A stretch of DNA of 32,000 nucleotides, taken from the NCBI RefSeq assembly GCF_000039765.1, contig NC_004460.2, positions 390,001-422,000 of the forward strand. The letters run 5' to 3'. The position numbers and the translations under genes were made by a program. The stretch comes from Vibrio vulnificus CMCP6 (GTDB lineage Bacteria > Pseudomonadota > Gammaproteobacteria > Enterobacterales > Vibrionaceae). Each line of letters starts with the position of its first letter. Within the stretch, counting starts at the first letter, position 1. Shown in pieces: positions 24,001 through 31,271 of the stretch. The notes beneath the pieces are model-generated. The model did no database searches, was not told where the DNA came from, and saw only the letters and a list, made by a program, of their open reading frames with translations.

Positions 24001-24147
24001 TTTAACGTCAAAGGTTTTACTGTCTCGACAGAGTGGAATGGCAACACCATTGATTCTCAAGGTGAGATTTGGGACGGGCTCTTTATCCACCCTGAATCTG
24101 AGCAAACACTGATTAACTACGGTTTTATTGAGGCTCCCACGCCGTAG
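21025..24147 (+). CDS. Large lipoprotein with thrombospondin type-3-like Ca-binding repeats
   Basis: AAGGGTGG RBS. Signal peptide with lipobox LLG-C, followed by a Gly/Ser linker (GGGSSSSSGGSSSSS). Asp-rich DxDxDG repeats span 21790..22254. The remaining ~630 aa have no motif I recognise. Confidence 0.85.
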   Translation: MNKNKIVMALGLSVSVGLLGCGGGSSSSSGGSSSSSYSVTAIDGYLQNAQVWLDLNKNFIWDTGEPKATTGAGGKATLDVTGVDNPESYPIVVKAIKGKTVDEDTGNTIATDYVMSAPAGEQDITPLSTMVHVLLERDETLTKDEAVQTVATQLGITSDDVLGDYIEDNDVEAAFGAKTLVSSGVLPETPEELASEADEETTTTSTFLTEAQTVNTETKEHIETEKSALGEGEELNLDDKVGTFDPVTGTVTFEEDSDGDGVANSQDWAPDNSEEWLDSDGDDIGDNADTDDDNDGTLDVDDAFPFDAEETTDTDDDGIGNNTDTDDDNDGTLDTDDAFPLNPEETVDTDKDGVGNNADTDDDNDGALDGDDAFPLNPEETTDTDKDGIGNNADTDDDNDGILDVDDSNPTVPDLNPIEQVIQFMQNNSMFYALWADHEYNDATGTESVEIYVEKFTLANNIGTVTEAYQMLPDGRKVADEPDANDEDDIVLGPNGWQTFNDTYAIAINSDAVSVYPEEVPSLTNTAYGYVKDLSGLNMAEHSGELGDYVDADAVFPEGAEGGIVKLTADVDQYFLWFKPWFWRASGNTSDDGHNATNLTEIQVAPADISQTGDDVHTAKGISIGMHVGVQFVTDGTTRFMTLDWWNESTQQPGTVTINGTGTWSQVVVNGETIIRYSVPDSVVEAWGEVWDNDSQQLILSVYGGIVHSGDYLLAGQSEEDDEGYLLNETAKEALIGAVNLPGWCPITEVASGATLADFQAQIADCQLPVMDPEGAVLYRVNSSGETRVQAYAANNEALRFKNGTPSTKYWMVNQEGTLEFGDDAQNIWDYKRAIMDVDEDGILSMATFDPETGEISLGLYQEVDLSQPFTYCETSNSDWDEVNEVPTTFFSFNTYADALKGCVDDTAYRAAKFTSTFIGEQLVMKDEDGTITFLANNTGTFVSTDENIQFTWTEHDAENGIIALSYSFVDDNQVAQNNTTYMGFAYSNGIQFNVKGFTVSTEWNGNTIDSQGEIWDGLFIHPESEQTLINYGFIEAPTP
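21889..22254 (+). repeat. 3.5 tandem copies of a 105-bp (35-aa) coding repeat, DTDDDNDGxLDxDDAFPxxxEETxDTDxDGxGNNx
   Basis: Unit boundaries at 21889, 21994, 22099 and 22204 were verified codon by codon. Copies differ mostly at synonymous positions. Confidence 0.9.
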
Positions 24148-24172
24148 TTGAACGTTGTCCAGCAGATAAACC

Positions 24173-24199
24173 AAGGCCAAGTTTTCACTTGGCCTTTTT
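24173..24199 (+). terminator. Rho-independent terminator after the lipoprotein gene
   Basis: AAGGCCAAG-ttttca-CTTGGCCTT followed by a T run. It lies between convergent genes. Confidence 0.75.
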
Positions 24200-24236
24200 A
24201 ATCTCTTTTGGTTGTCGTTTTCGGTTGTTCAGAGCA

Positions 24237-24560
24237 CTAGCCTAGAACGTAAACGGCGTCGTTTTCCACCAGCACTGGCCATGTCGTTAATTTGACCGAT
24301 TCATCTTCAAAGCACTTACCTGTTTTTAAGCAAAAATGCTGTTTATACAACGGAGAGGCAACGCAGAGCTCACCTTGGATATCCCCGACAATGCCGCGAC
24401 TTAATACAAAAGCTTTGCCAATCGGGTCCCAGTTTTGTATCGCAAACACCCCCTCCTTAGGCACATAAAACATCGCCAATTGCTCATCATCCAATAACAC
24501 AGGATGGCCATGGTCACTTTTCAGTTCATTGAGATGGCAGATAAATTGTTTAGTTTGCAT
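24237..24560 (-). CDS. nirD: Nitrite reductase [NAD(P)H] small subunit NirD (Rieske-like fold)
   Basis: It is 107 aa and starts 4 nt after the nirB stop, with GGAGGA inside the nirB 3' end. The sequence resembles enterobacterial NirD (FAIQNWDPIGKAFVLSRGIVGD...SPLYKQHFCLKTG). Confidence 0.88.
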   Translation of the reverse strand: MQTKQFICHLNELKSDHGHPVLLDDEQLAMFYVPKEGVFAIQNWDPIGKAFVLSRGIVGDIQGELCVASPLYKQHFCLKTGKCFEDESVKLTTWPVLVENDAVYVLG

Positions 24561-24563
24561 CGC

Positions 24564-27047
24564 TTAATCCTCCAGTTTGACAGGGATACGCTGGCCACGC
24601 GTACGTTGGTAGCCCAATAGCGTGCTCTGCTGGGTTGAGTTAATGAACGGTCTGAAACGCATCAATTTTTCAGGATTGGTTAAGGTTTGCTTCCACTCAC
24701 AGTGATACGTGTCCACGACATGCGCCATTTGCTGCTCAAGTTGCTCACACAGATGGAGCGAATCGTCCAGAACGACGCTTTTGAGATAATCCAATCCGCC
24801 ATCAAGATTCTCCAACCACACGGAGGTGCGTTGCAAACGATCCGCCGTGCGCACGTAAAACATCAACACACGGTCGATCAGCCTAATCAGCTCTGCTTTA
24901 CTCAAATCAGCCGCTAACAGGTCGGCATGTCTTGGGCGCATGCCACCGTTACCACACACATACAAATTCCAGCCTTTTTCTGTCGCGATCACGCCTATGT
25001 CTTTGCTTTGCGCTTCAGCACATTCACGCGTACACCCTGATACGGCAAACTTCAGCTTATGCGGCGCTCGCAGCCCTTTGTAACGATTCTCAAGTTCAAT
25101 GGCTAGACCCACTGAATCATCCACGCCATAACGACACCAGGTTGAACCGACACAAGATTTCACCGTGCGTACGGATTTGCCGTAAGCATGGCCGGTTTCA
25201 AATCCAGCATCGATCAGGGTTTGCCAAATCTCCGGTAACTGCTCCACCTGAGCACCAAACAGGTCAACGCGTTGACCTCCGGTGATTTTGGTGTAGAGAT
25301 CGTACTGGCGAGCCACCTCCCCTAACACGATGAGCTTCTCTGGGGTGATCTCGCCACCAGGGATACGGGGCACAATAGAGTAAGAACCGTCTTTTTGCAG
25401 ATTGGCCATAAACGCATCGTTGGAATCCTGCAAAGGTGAATGTTCCGGCTCCATGATGTGCTCATTCCATAATGACGAGAAAATCGACCCTGCGGTGGGC
25501 TTGCATATGTCGCAACCATGCCCCTTACCGTGCTTCGCCAACAAACTACCGAAATCGCGAATTTTCTCGACTTGGCATATGTGGTAAAGCGCCTGCCGCG
25601 TTTGGCTAAAGTGCTCACAAAGCTGGGTATTCACTTCTAAGCCCATCACGCTCAGTTGCTGATCAAGCACCGATTTGACCATGGCACTGCAACCGCCACA
25701 CCCGCTGCCGGCTTTGGTCAGCGCTTTTAACTCGCCAAGCTCATGCGCTCCCGCCTGAATCGCACTGATCAGATCGCCTTTGGTAACGTTGTGGCATGAA
25801 CAGATCACCGTGTTGTCACTGACATCCCCTTTTAGCGCACTGGTGTCAAACAGCAAACTGACCGCAGGCTGCGGCAGCGGGGTTTTATTCAAGTAGCTTT
25901 GCAGCAGCACATCATAGTCTTGGTTGTCGCCGATTAAGATCGCGCCCAGCAAGGTGGTGCCGCTTTGATCCACCACCAATTTTTTGTAGATGCCGGCAGC
26001 CGCATCATGCAGTACCATTTCCGTCGCCTTCGGTGTGGCTTTATGCGCATCACCTATCGACGCCACATCTACCCCCAATAATTTGAGCTTGGTGCTCATG
26101 TCTGCGCCGCTAAACTCAGCCTCGCTGCCCCCTCTCAGTTGCTGCGCCACTACTCGCGCCATCGCATATCCAGGTGCCACCAAGCCGAAGATTTTTCCTT
26201 GCCACAGCGCACACTCGCCAATGGCGTAAATCGCGGTATCACTGGTTTGACAAGCGTTATTGATCACGATGCCACCGCGCTCACCCAGCTCAAGGCCACA
26301 ATCGCGAGCCAGTTGGTCTCTCGGTCGAATGCCCGCCGAGAACACGATCACATCCACTTCCAGCGGCGGGGCATCTTTAAACACCATGCGATGGTAAGCC
26401 GTTTCACCATCAATGATTTTTTCGGTGGCGGTTGAGGTATGCACCGTTAAGCCAAGTTGCTCAATTTTGCTTTTCAGCACCGCGCCTGCACCCTCATCAA
26501 GCTGGACTGGCATTAAGCGTGGTGCAAATTCAACGACATGCGTTTCTAAGCCAAGCAGCCTTAAAGCATTTGCCGCCTCCAAACCGAGTAACCCTCCCCC
26601 AACCACGGCACCTTTCTTCGCACCAAGACAGGCTTGCTTAATCTGCGACAGATCATCCAAGGTTCGGTAGACAAACACCTTGCTGCGCTCGCTTCCTGCC
26701 ATCGGGGGCACAAATGGGTAAGAGCCGGTGGCAAACACCAATTGGTCATAACTCAGTTGGCTTTCATCTTCCAATGTGACTCTTTTGCTTTGTCGGTCAA
26801 TGCCCACCACCGCAACGCCCAATATCAGCTCAATGCCATGCTTCTGATACCACTCTTCACTGCTGAGTAATAAGTCTTGGTGGCTTTGTCCTGAAAACAT
26901 CGCCGAGAGGTGAACGCGGTCATAGGCGACAAATCGCTCTTCCCCAATCACGATAATTCTTTTTTCTAAATGGCTGCCACTGGCGACGAGCTGCTCTACC
27001 AGTTGATGACCTACCATGCCATTGCCAATGATCACTATGCTTTCCAT
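24564..27047 (-). CDS. nirB: Nitrite reductase [NAD(P)H] large subunit NirB
   Basis: 827 aa. N-terminal FAD/NAD Rossmann motifs (IVIIGNGMVGH, AVVGGGLLGLEAA), a BFD-like [2Fe-2S] region (ICSCHNVTKG...GSGCGGC) and a sirohaem/4Fe-4S region (TGHAYGKSVRTVKSCVGSTWC...SGCTRECAEA). Confidence 0.93.
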   Translation of the reverse strand: MESIVIIGNGMVGHQLVEQLVASGSHLEKRIIVIGEERFVAYDRVHLSAMFSGQSHQDLLLSSEEWYQKHGIELILGVAVVGIDRQSKRVTLEDESQLSYDQLVFATGSYPFVPPMAGSERSKVFVYRTLDDLSQIKQACLGAKKGAVVGGGLLGLEAANALRLLGLETHVVEFAPRLMPVQLDEGAGAVLKSKIEQLGLTVHTSTATEKIIDGETAYHRMVFKDAPPLEVDVIVFSAGIRPRDQLARDCGLELGERGGIVINNACQTSDTAIYAIGECALWQGKIFGLVAPGYAMARVVAQQLRGGSEAEFSGADMSTKLKLLGVDVASIGDAHKATPKATEMVLHDAAAGIYKKLVVDQSGTTLLGAILIGDNQDYDVLLQSYLNKTPLPQPAVSLLFDTSALKGDVSDNTVICSCHNVTKGDLISAIQAGAHELGELKALTKAGSGCGGCSAMVKSVLDQQLSVMGLEVNTQLCEHFSQTRQALYHICQVEKIRDFGSLLAKHGKGHGCDICKPTAGSIFSSLWNEHIMEPEHSPLQDSNDAFMANLQKDGSYSIVPRIPGGEITPEKLIVLGEVARQYDLYTKITGGQRVDLFGAQVEQLPEIWQTLIDAGFETGHAYGKSVRTVKSCVGSTWCRYGVDDSVGLAIELENRYKGLRAPHKLKFAVSGCTRECAEAQSKDIGVIATEKGWNLYVCGNGGMRPRHADLLAADLSKAELIRLIDRVLMFYVRTADRLQRTSVWLENLDGGLDYLKSVVLDDSLHLCEQLEQQMAHVVDTYHCEWKQTLTNPEKLMRFRPFINSTQQSTLLGYQRTRGQRIPVKLED

Positions 27048-27057
27048 GCGTTTGTCC

Positions 27058-27900
27058 TCAGGCTGTTTTTATCGGTTTTGCTTGCGAGTGTTGAGCGGTG
27101 CGCGCCGTTGCCGCTTCGCCTTTGCTTTGCTTCTCGTATAAGAATCTCAACACGGCTTGGCGATAGTGTTGGTATTGCGGGTCGTCCGCCAAAGCGACGC
27201 GATCACGTGGTCTTGGCAACTCAATCGGGAGAATTTCACCAATCGTCGCCGCAGGGCCATTGGTCATCATGACAATTTTGTCGGAAAGCAAAACCGCTTC
27301 ATCGACATCGTGCGTAATCATGATCACCGTGTTGTTGAGCTCGGCTTGAATGGCCATCAGAGCATCTTGCAATCGCGCGCGAGTCAGCGCATCCAAAGCG
27401 CCAAACGGCTCATCCATCAGCAGCACTTTAGGTTGTAAGGCCAACGCTCGGGCAATGCCCACCCGCTGTTTCATACCGCCTGAGATTTCATCCGGTTTTT
27501 TATCGGCGGCATGCGCCATTTGAATCAAATCCAAATAGTGGTGCACTTGCTCTTTCACCCACGCTTTGCTCTGGCCTTGGGCAATCTGCTTAACGGCCAA
27601 CTCAACGTTTTGATAAACGGTTAACCAAGGCAACAGCGAATGATTTTGGAACACCACCGCGCGCTCAGGCCCCGGGCCACTCACTTCTCTACCATCGACA
27701 ATCACACCACCATCGGTCGGCAGATGCAGCCCAGCGACCAAGTTCAGCACGGTTGATTTTCCACAGCCAGAATGGCCAATCAGTGAAATGAACTCCCCTT
27801 TTTGGATCTGCATATCGACGTTTTTCAGCGCGATAAACTCCCCTTGAGGGGTAGGAAAGCGCATCCCAAGTTGCGTCAGTTCTAAAAACGATTTAGACAT
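27058..27900 (-). CDS. Nitrate/nitrite ABC transporter ATP-binding protein (NasD/NrtD-like)
   Basis: The start is moved to ATG 27900 (MSKSFLELTQ), which has AGGAG 8 nt upstream and avoids overlap with the permease. Walker A is GHSGCGKST, the signature is SGGMKQRVGIARAL, and Walker B is LLMDEPFGALD. Confidence 0.85.
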   Translation of the reverse strand: MSKSFLELTQLGMRFPTPQGEFIALKNVDMQIQKGEFISLIGHSGCGKSTVLNLVAGLHLPTDGGVIVDGREVSGPGPERAVVFQNHSLLPWLTVYQNVELAVKQIAQGQSKAWVKEQVHHYLDLIQMAHAADKKPDEISGGMKQRVGIARALALQPKVLLMDEPFGALDALTRARLQDALMAIQAELNNTVIMITHDVDEAVLLSDKIVMMTNGPAATIGEILPIELPRPRDRVALADDPQYQHYRQAVLRFLYEKQSKGEAATARTAQHSQAKPIKTA

Positions 27901-27911
27901 AGTGCCGACTC

Positions 27912-28880
27912 CTATCTTAACGACATCTGTTTGTTCCACGACAACCAACGCTGGCATTGCAACATGCCGCGATCGAGCAGAAGACCAATCAAGCCAATCA
28001 CAATCACTGCCACCATGATGCGGCCAAGTGAATCAGAGCTGCCGTTTTGAAACTCATCCCAAACAAACTTTCCTAGCCCTGGGTTTTGCGCCAACATTTC
28101 TGCGGCGATCAACACCATCCATGCAATGCCCAACGAAAGGCGTAATCCGGTAAACATCATTGGGATGGCCGATGGAAGCACGATGATGCGGATGTGTCGC
28201 CACCATGAAAGCCTCAGTACTTTGCTCACGTTGAGGAGATCTTTATCGACGCTGGTCACACCAACCGCCGTGTTGATCAAAGTTGGCCACAAGCTGCATA
28301 ACGCCACGGTAAACAGCGAGTTGACGAAAGACTTGGCAAAAAGCGGGTCATCACTGACGTAGGTTGCACTGACCACCATGGTGACAATCGGCAACCACGC
28401 CAAAGGTGAAACCGGCTTTAACAATTGGATGATTGGGTTGAACGCCATGTAGAGCCCTTGGTTTAGCCCGAGAATAATGCCAAGTGGAATAGCAATGAGA
28501 CTCGCCAACATAAACCCGCAAGCCACCGTCACCAAACTGGTGATGATTTGGTCGAAAAAGGTCGGTTTGCCGGTATATGGGCGAATTTTCACTTCGGCTG
28601 TAGGATCTTTTGCCAGCTTAGCTGCGTTGCGTTGCTCCTGCCGCTCAATAAAGCGCTGCTCCTTTTCGCGCTCATTGTGGTGCTCTGTGAGCAAATTAGA
28701 AAACTGTTGAAAGGTATCCACCGGACCTGGCAATGTGCCAAGCGACGTTTCGACTTGGCGTGCACTTAAGTGCCACGCCAACAAAAACACCAGTAAGCCA
28801 ATCAGGGGCAGAAGAATTAGCCGACTTTTGTCCGCCACAGCCTGTGAACTGGGAATAAGTGAAATAACATTTCCTGACAT
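27912..28880 (-). CDS. Nitrate/nitrite ABC transporter permease (NasE/NrtB-like)
   Basis: AAGGAG RBS and multiple TM segments. The context is between the NrtA-like binding protein and the ATPase. Confidence 0.82.
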   Translation of the reverse strand: MSGNVISLIPSSQAVADKSRLILLPLIGLLVFLLAWHLSARQVETSLGTLPGPVDTFQQFSNLLTEHHNEREKEQRFIERQEQRNAAKLAKDPTAEVKIRPYTGKPTFFDQIITSLVTVACGFMLASLIAIPLGIILGLNQGLYMAFNPIIQLLKPVSPLAWLPIVTMVVSATYVSDDPLFAKSFVNSLFTVALCSLWPTLINTAVGVTSVDKDLLNVSKVLRLSWWRHIRIIVLPSAIPMMFTGLRLSLGIAWMVLIAAEMLAQNPGLGKFVWDEFQNGSSDSLGRIMVAVIVIGLIGLLLDRGMLQCQRWLSWNKQMSLR

Positions 28881-28907
28881 AACGACTCCTTGTTATTCAT
28901 TGATGCG

Positions 28908-30269
28908 TTAAAGTGACTCAGAGCCTTTCAGGCCAATGGCAAACTGCTGCAGATACGCATTGGGGCTACGGCCGTCATAGCGGATCTGATCAATGAAGTG
29001 GGTTTGCGGTGGGCGAAAACCGCTTTCTTTGGCAAAGTCAGGAAAATCACTGGCGCTCAATGTCCCTTCTTCGATTAGTGCTTCTGCCGCGCGTTGATAA
29101 ATCTCTGGTCGATACACCTGCTTGGCGATGTCCATGTACCATGAGTCCGGTTTCTGATGTTCGATTTGTCCCCAACGGCGCATTTGTGTGAGATACCAAA
29201 TCGCGTCGCTGTAGTAGGGATAGGTGGCGTTGTAGCGAAAGAACACATTAAAATCGGGCACTTGTCGCTTATCGCCTTTTTCGTATTCAAACGTGCCAGT
29301 CATGGAATTGGCGATCACTTCCGCATCGGCGCCCACGTACTCGCTGCGTGAAAGCAGCTTCACGGCTTCGGCGCGATTGCGGTTATCGTTTTCATCTAAC
29401 CAATGCGCCGCACGGATCAGAGCTTTGACCACGCGGATATGGGTATTGGGGTACTTTTCCGCCCAATCTTGTGCAACGCCAAATACCTTCTCTGGGTTGT
29501 TTTTCCAGATCTCATAGTCGGTCACCACGGGCACACCAATGCCCTTAAACACCGCTTGCTGGTTCCACGGTTCACCAACGCAATAGCCTTTGATGGTGCC
29601 CGCTTCCATGGTGGCTGGCATTTGTGGTGGCGGCGTGACGCTGAGCAGCACGTCGGCATTAATTTGGCCACTGTTGTCGCCTTTATGCGGCGCATAAAAG
29701 CCAGGATGAATCCCCCCAGCCGCGAGCCAGTAGCGCAGTTCGTAGTTATGCGTTGAAACGGGAAACACCATGCCCATATTGAACGCTTTGCCTTGGTCGC
29801 GGTAACTTGTTACGACAGGTTTAAGGGCATCGGCTTTGATGGGGTGAACGGGTTTACCGTCACTGTCTTTGACCAAATTGGGCTTCATTTGCTGCCAAAC
29901 ATCGTTCGACACGGTGATCGCGTTACCATTGAGATCCATACTGAATGCGGTGATCACTTTGGCTTGCGTGCCAATGCCGATGGTGGCACCCAGTGGTTGG
30001 CCTGCCAGCATGTGCGCGCCATCCAGTTCACCATCAATCACGCGATCGAGCAGCACCTTCCAGTTGGCCTGCGCTTCTAGCGTCACATACAGCCCTTCAT
30101 CCTCAAAAAATCCTTTTTCATAAGCGATCGCCAACGGTGCCATGTCGGTCAATTTGATAAAGCCAAACTTTAAGTCCTCTTTTTCAGCCTCGCCGACTTC
30201 TGCGAGTACAACCGGTGAAGCAAACGCCAACCAACTTGTTAATACGCCAACTGTCCATCTCTTTTTCAT
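28908..30269 (-). CDS. Nitrate/nitrite ABC transporter periplasmic binding protein (NasF/NrtA/CmpA-like)
   Basis: The start is moved to ATG 30269 ([23 protein letters not shown], a signal peptide), which has GGAGAA upstream. The track's TTG 30371 start would run through the leader terminator. [23 protein letters not shown] is typical of the NrtA family. Confidence 0.85.
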   Translation of the reverse strand: MKKRWTVGVLTSWLAFASPVVLAEVGEAEKEDLKFGFIKLTDMAPLAIAYEKGFFEDEGLYVTLEAQANWKVLLDRVIDGELDGAHMLAGQPLGATIGIGTQAKVITAFSMDLNGNAITVSNDVWQQMKPNLVKDSDGKPVHPIKADALKPVVTSYRDQGKAFNMGMVFPVSTHNYELRYWLAAGGIHPGFYAPHKGDNSGQINADVLLSVTPPPQMPATMEAGTIKGYCVGEPWNQQAVFKGIGVPVVTDYEIWKNNPEKVFGVAQDWAEKYPNTHIRVVKALIRAAHWLDENDNRNRAEAVKLLSRSEYVGADAEVIANSMTGTFEYEKGDKRQVPDFNVFFRYNATYPYYSDAIWYLTQMRRWGQIEHQKPDSWYMDIAKQVYRPEIYQRAAEALIEEGTLSASDFPDFAKESGFRPPQTHFIDQIRYDGRSPNAYLQQFAIGLKGSESL

Positions 30270-30280
30270 CGATTTTCTCC

Positions 30281-30317
30281 AAAAAAAAAGCGCCACGACT
30301 CCGAGGAGTCGTAGCGC
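30281..30317 (-). terminator. Leader (attenuator) terminator immediately upstream of the binding-protein gene
   Basis: The minus-strand RNA is GCGCUACGACUC-CUCG-GAGUCGUGGCGC (12 bp including one G-U), followed by U9. The RBS and ATG follow 11 nt later. Confidence 0.85.
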
Positions 30318-30353
30318 CGTTGCTTTCTCTGCAATTACCGCCGTTGATAATTG
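30306..30353 (-). promoter_or_regulatory. ANTAR-type antiterminator RNA target: two adjacent hairpins with identical AACGGC hexaloops, the second overlapping the terminator 5' arm
   Basis: Hairpin 1 (30332..30353) is CAAUUAUC-AACGGC-GGUAAUUG, 8 bp. Hairpin 2 (30306..30329) is GAGAAAGC-AACGGC-GCUACGACUC, a weak interrupted stem. Its loop and 3' arm are the first 12 nt of the terminator 5' arm. Both loops have A at position 1 and G at position 4, as in the published ANTAR consensus. Confidence 0.7.
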
Positions 30354-30390
30354 AGATTCGCCATTCAACAATGTGTCTAAATAAAGCTAT

Positions 30391-30405
30391 TCAATTAGTG
30401 TGCCA
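30391..30405 (-). promoter_or_regulatory. Candidate sigma54 (-24/-12) promoter of the nitrate/nitrite operon
   Basis: The minus strand reads TGGCAC-actaa-TTGA, against the consensus TGGCAC-N5-TTGC. The single mismatch is at the last base. The position would give a leader of about 110 nt containing the ANTAR element. Confidence 0.4.
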
Positions 30406-30534
30406 ACGATATATTTACATAAAATCAGTACGTTATCGTTATGTTCTTTGCTGCTTCCTGCATCACTGCTTTGATTTAGTGCACGTCGCACCAATTGCAC
30501 TTTTTTCTCTTACCCCCAAAGTAGTAGAACAACC

Positions 30535-31113
30535 TTACAGTGTGGTTAACGTCGCAATCACGTTTTTCGCAACTTGCAGCATGGGTTGACTGGTTTGCAT
30601 CGCGGAACGACGCATCGCTTGATAGGCGGTTTCTTCGTCCACTTGTTGAAACTTCATCAGTAGACCTTTGGCTTTTTCAATCACTTTTCGCTCTTGCAAT
30701 TTGTCATTTAAAAGCGCCACTTTCTCCTCCACCAGCAAGTAACTTTCTCTTAGTTGCGCGGCGTAGTCGATCCAAGGCGCTAAAGGCAAAGTGTTTTCTT
30801 CTGGTAAAAACACACAGTCGTGGCAATCTTTTAACTGATTGAATTGGTGAGCAAAAACTTGGCGAAACAAGACCAACACCGGCCGCTTTTGTTGACGGCA
30901 ATACTCAATGATCAACCGCACTTCGGCGCAAGGGGCGGACCACCCGACGACGACGCAGCTTTCCGCTTCTCGCCGCAGGATGTGTTCCAATTGCCCTAGC
31001 TGACACCCGAGCACTTGGTCATATTCTTTCGCCAATCGCTCTGCTAAATGCGCTTGTTGTGTTAATGAATCGCAGCAAACAATCATCGTCCTTTGATAAG
31101 ACTTTTTCGTCAT
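30535..31113 (-). CDS. ANTAR-domain antiterminator with degenerate receiver domain (NasT/AmiR-like)
   Basis: The C-terminal ANTAR motif is VIEKAKGLLMKFQQVDEETAYQAMRRSAMQTSQPMLQVAKNVI. The N-terminal REC-like fold lacks the acidic pair (MIVCCDS) and the phospho-Asp (VVVGWSAP). I prefer the second ATG (31113), which sits 6 nt from AAGGAA, over 31119. Confidence 0.82.
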   Translation of the reverse strand: MTKKSYQRTMIVCCDSLTQQAHLAERLAKEYDQVLGCQLGQLEHILRREAESCVVVGWSAPCAEVRLIIEYCRQQKRPVLVLFRQVFAHQFNQLKDCHDCVFLPEENTLPLAPWIDYAAQLRESYLLVEEKVALLNDKLQERKVIEKAKGLLMKFQQVDEETAYQAMRRSAMQTSQPMLQVAKNVIATLTTL

Positions 31114-31116
31114 AGA

Positions 31117-31162
31117 CATTCCTTGTCGTTTTCGTTATTTCACTATGACATAACAAGGAATG
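31117..31162 (-). promoter_or_regulatory. 10-bp perfect stem able to sequester the Shine-Dalgarno and first AUG of the ANTAR regulator gene
   Basis: The minus-strand RNA is CAUUCCUUGU - 26 nt - ACAAGGAAUG. The 3' arm contains the AAGGAA RBS and the AUG at 31119. Confidence 0.4.
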
Positions 31163-31271
31163 TGCCACCTTGGGGAACGGGCCCATCGATAGCGCACAAA
31201 TAGTGCAAAAAGAACAGCCAAGGCAGACTGACCTTGGCCGTGTGGATTAATGGATTCGTGGCAATGCGCCA

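Noticed and set aside
30478-30500. NtrC enhancer site upstream of the candidate sigma54 promoter
   Set aside because: GTGCAC, GCACC and TGCAC half-sites are present, but they do not align to the TGCACC-N5-GGTGCA palindrome with correct spacing. I did not call it.
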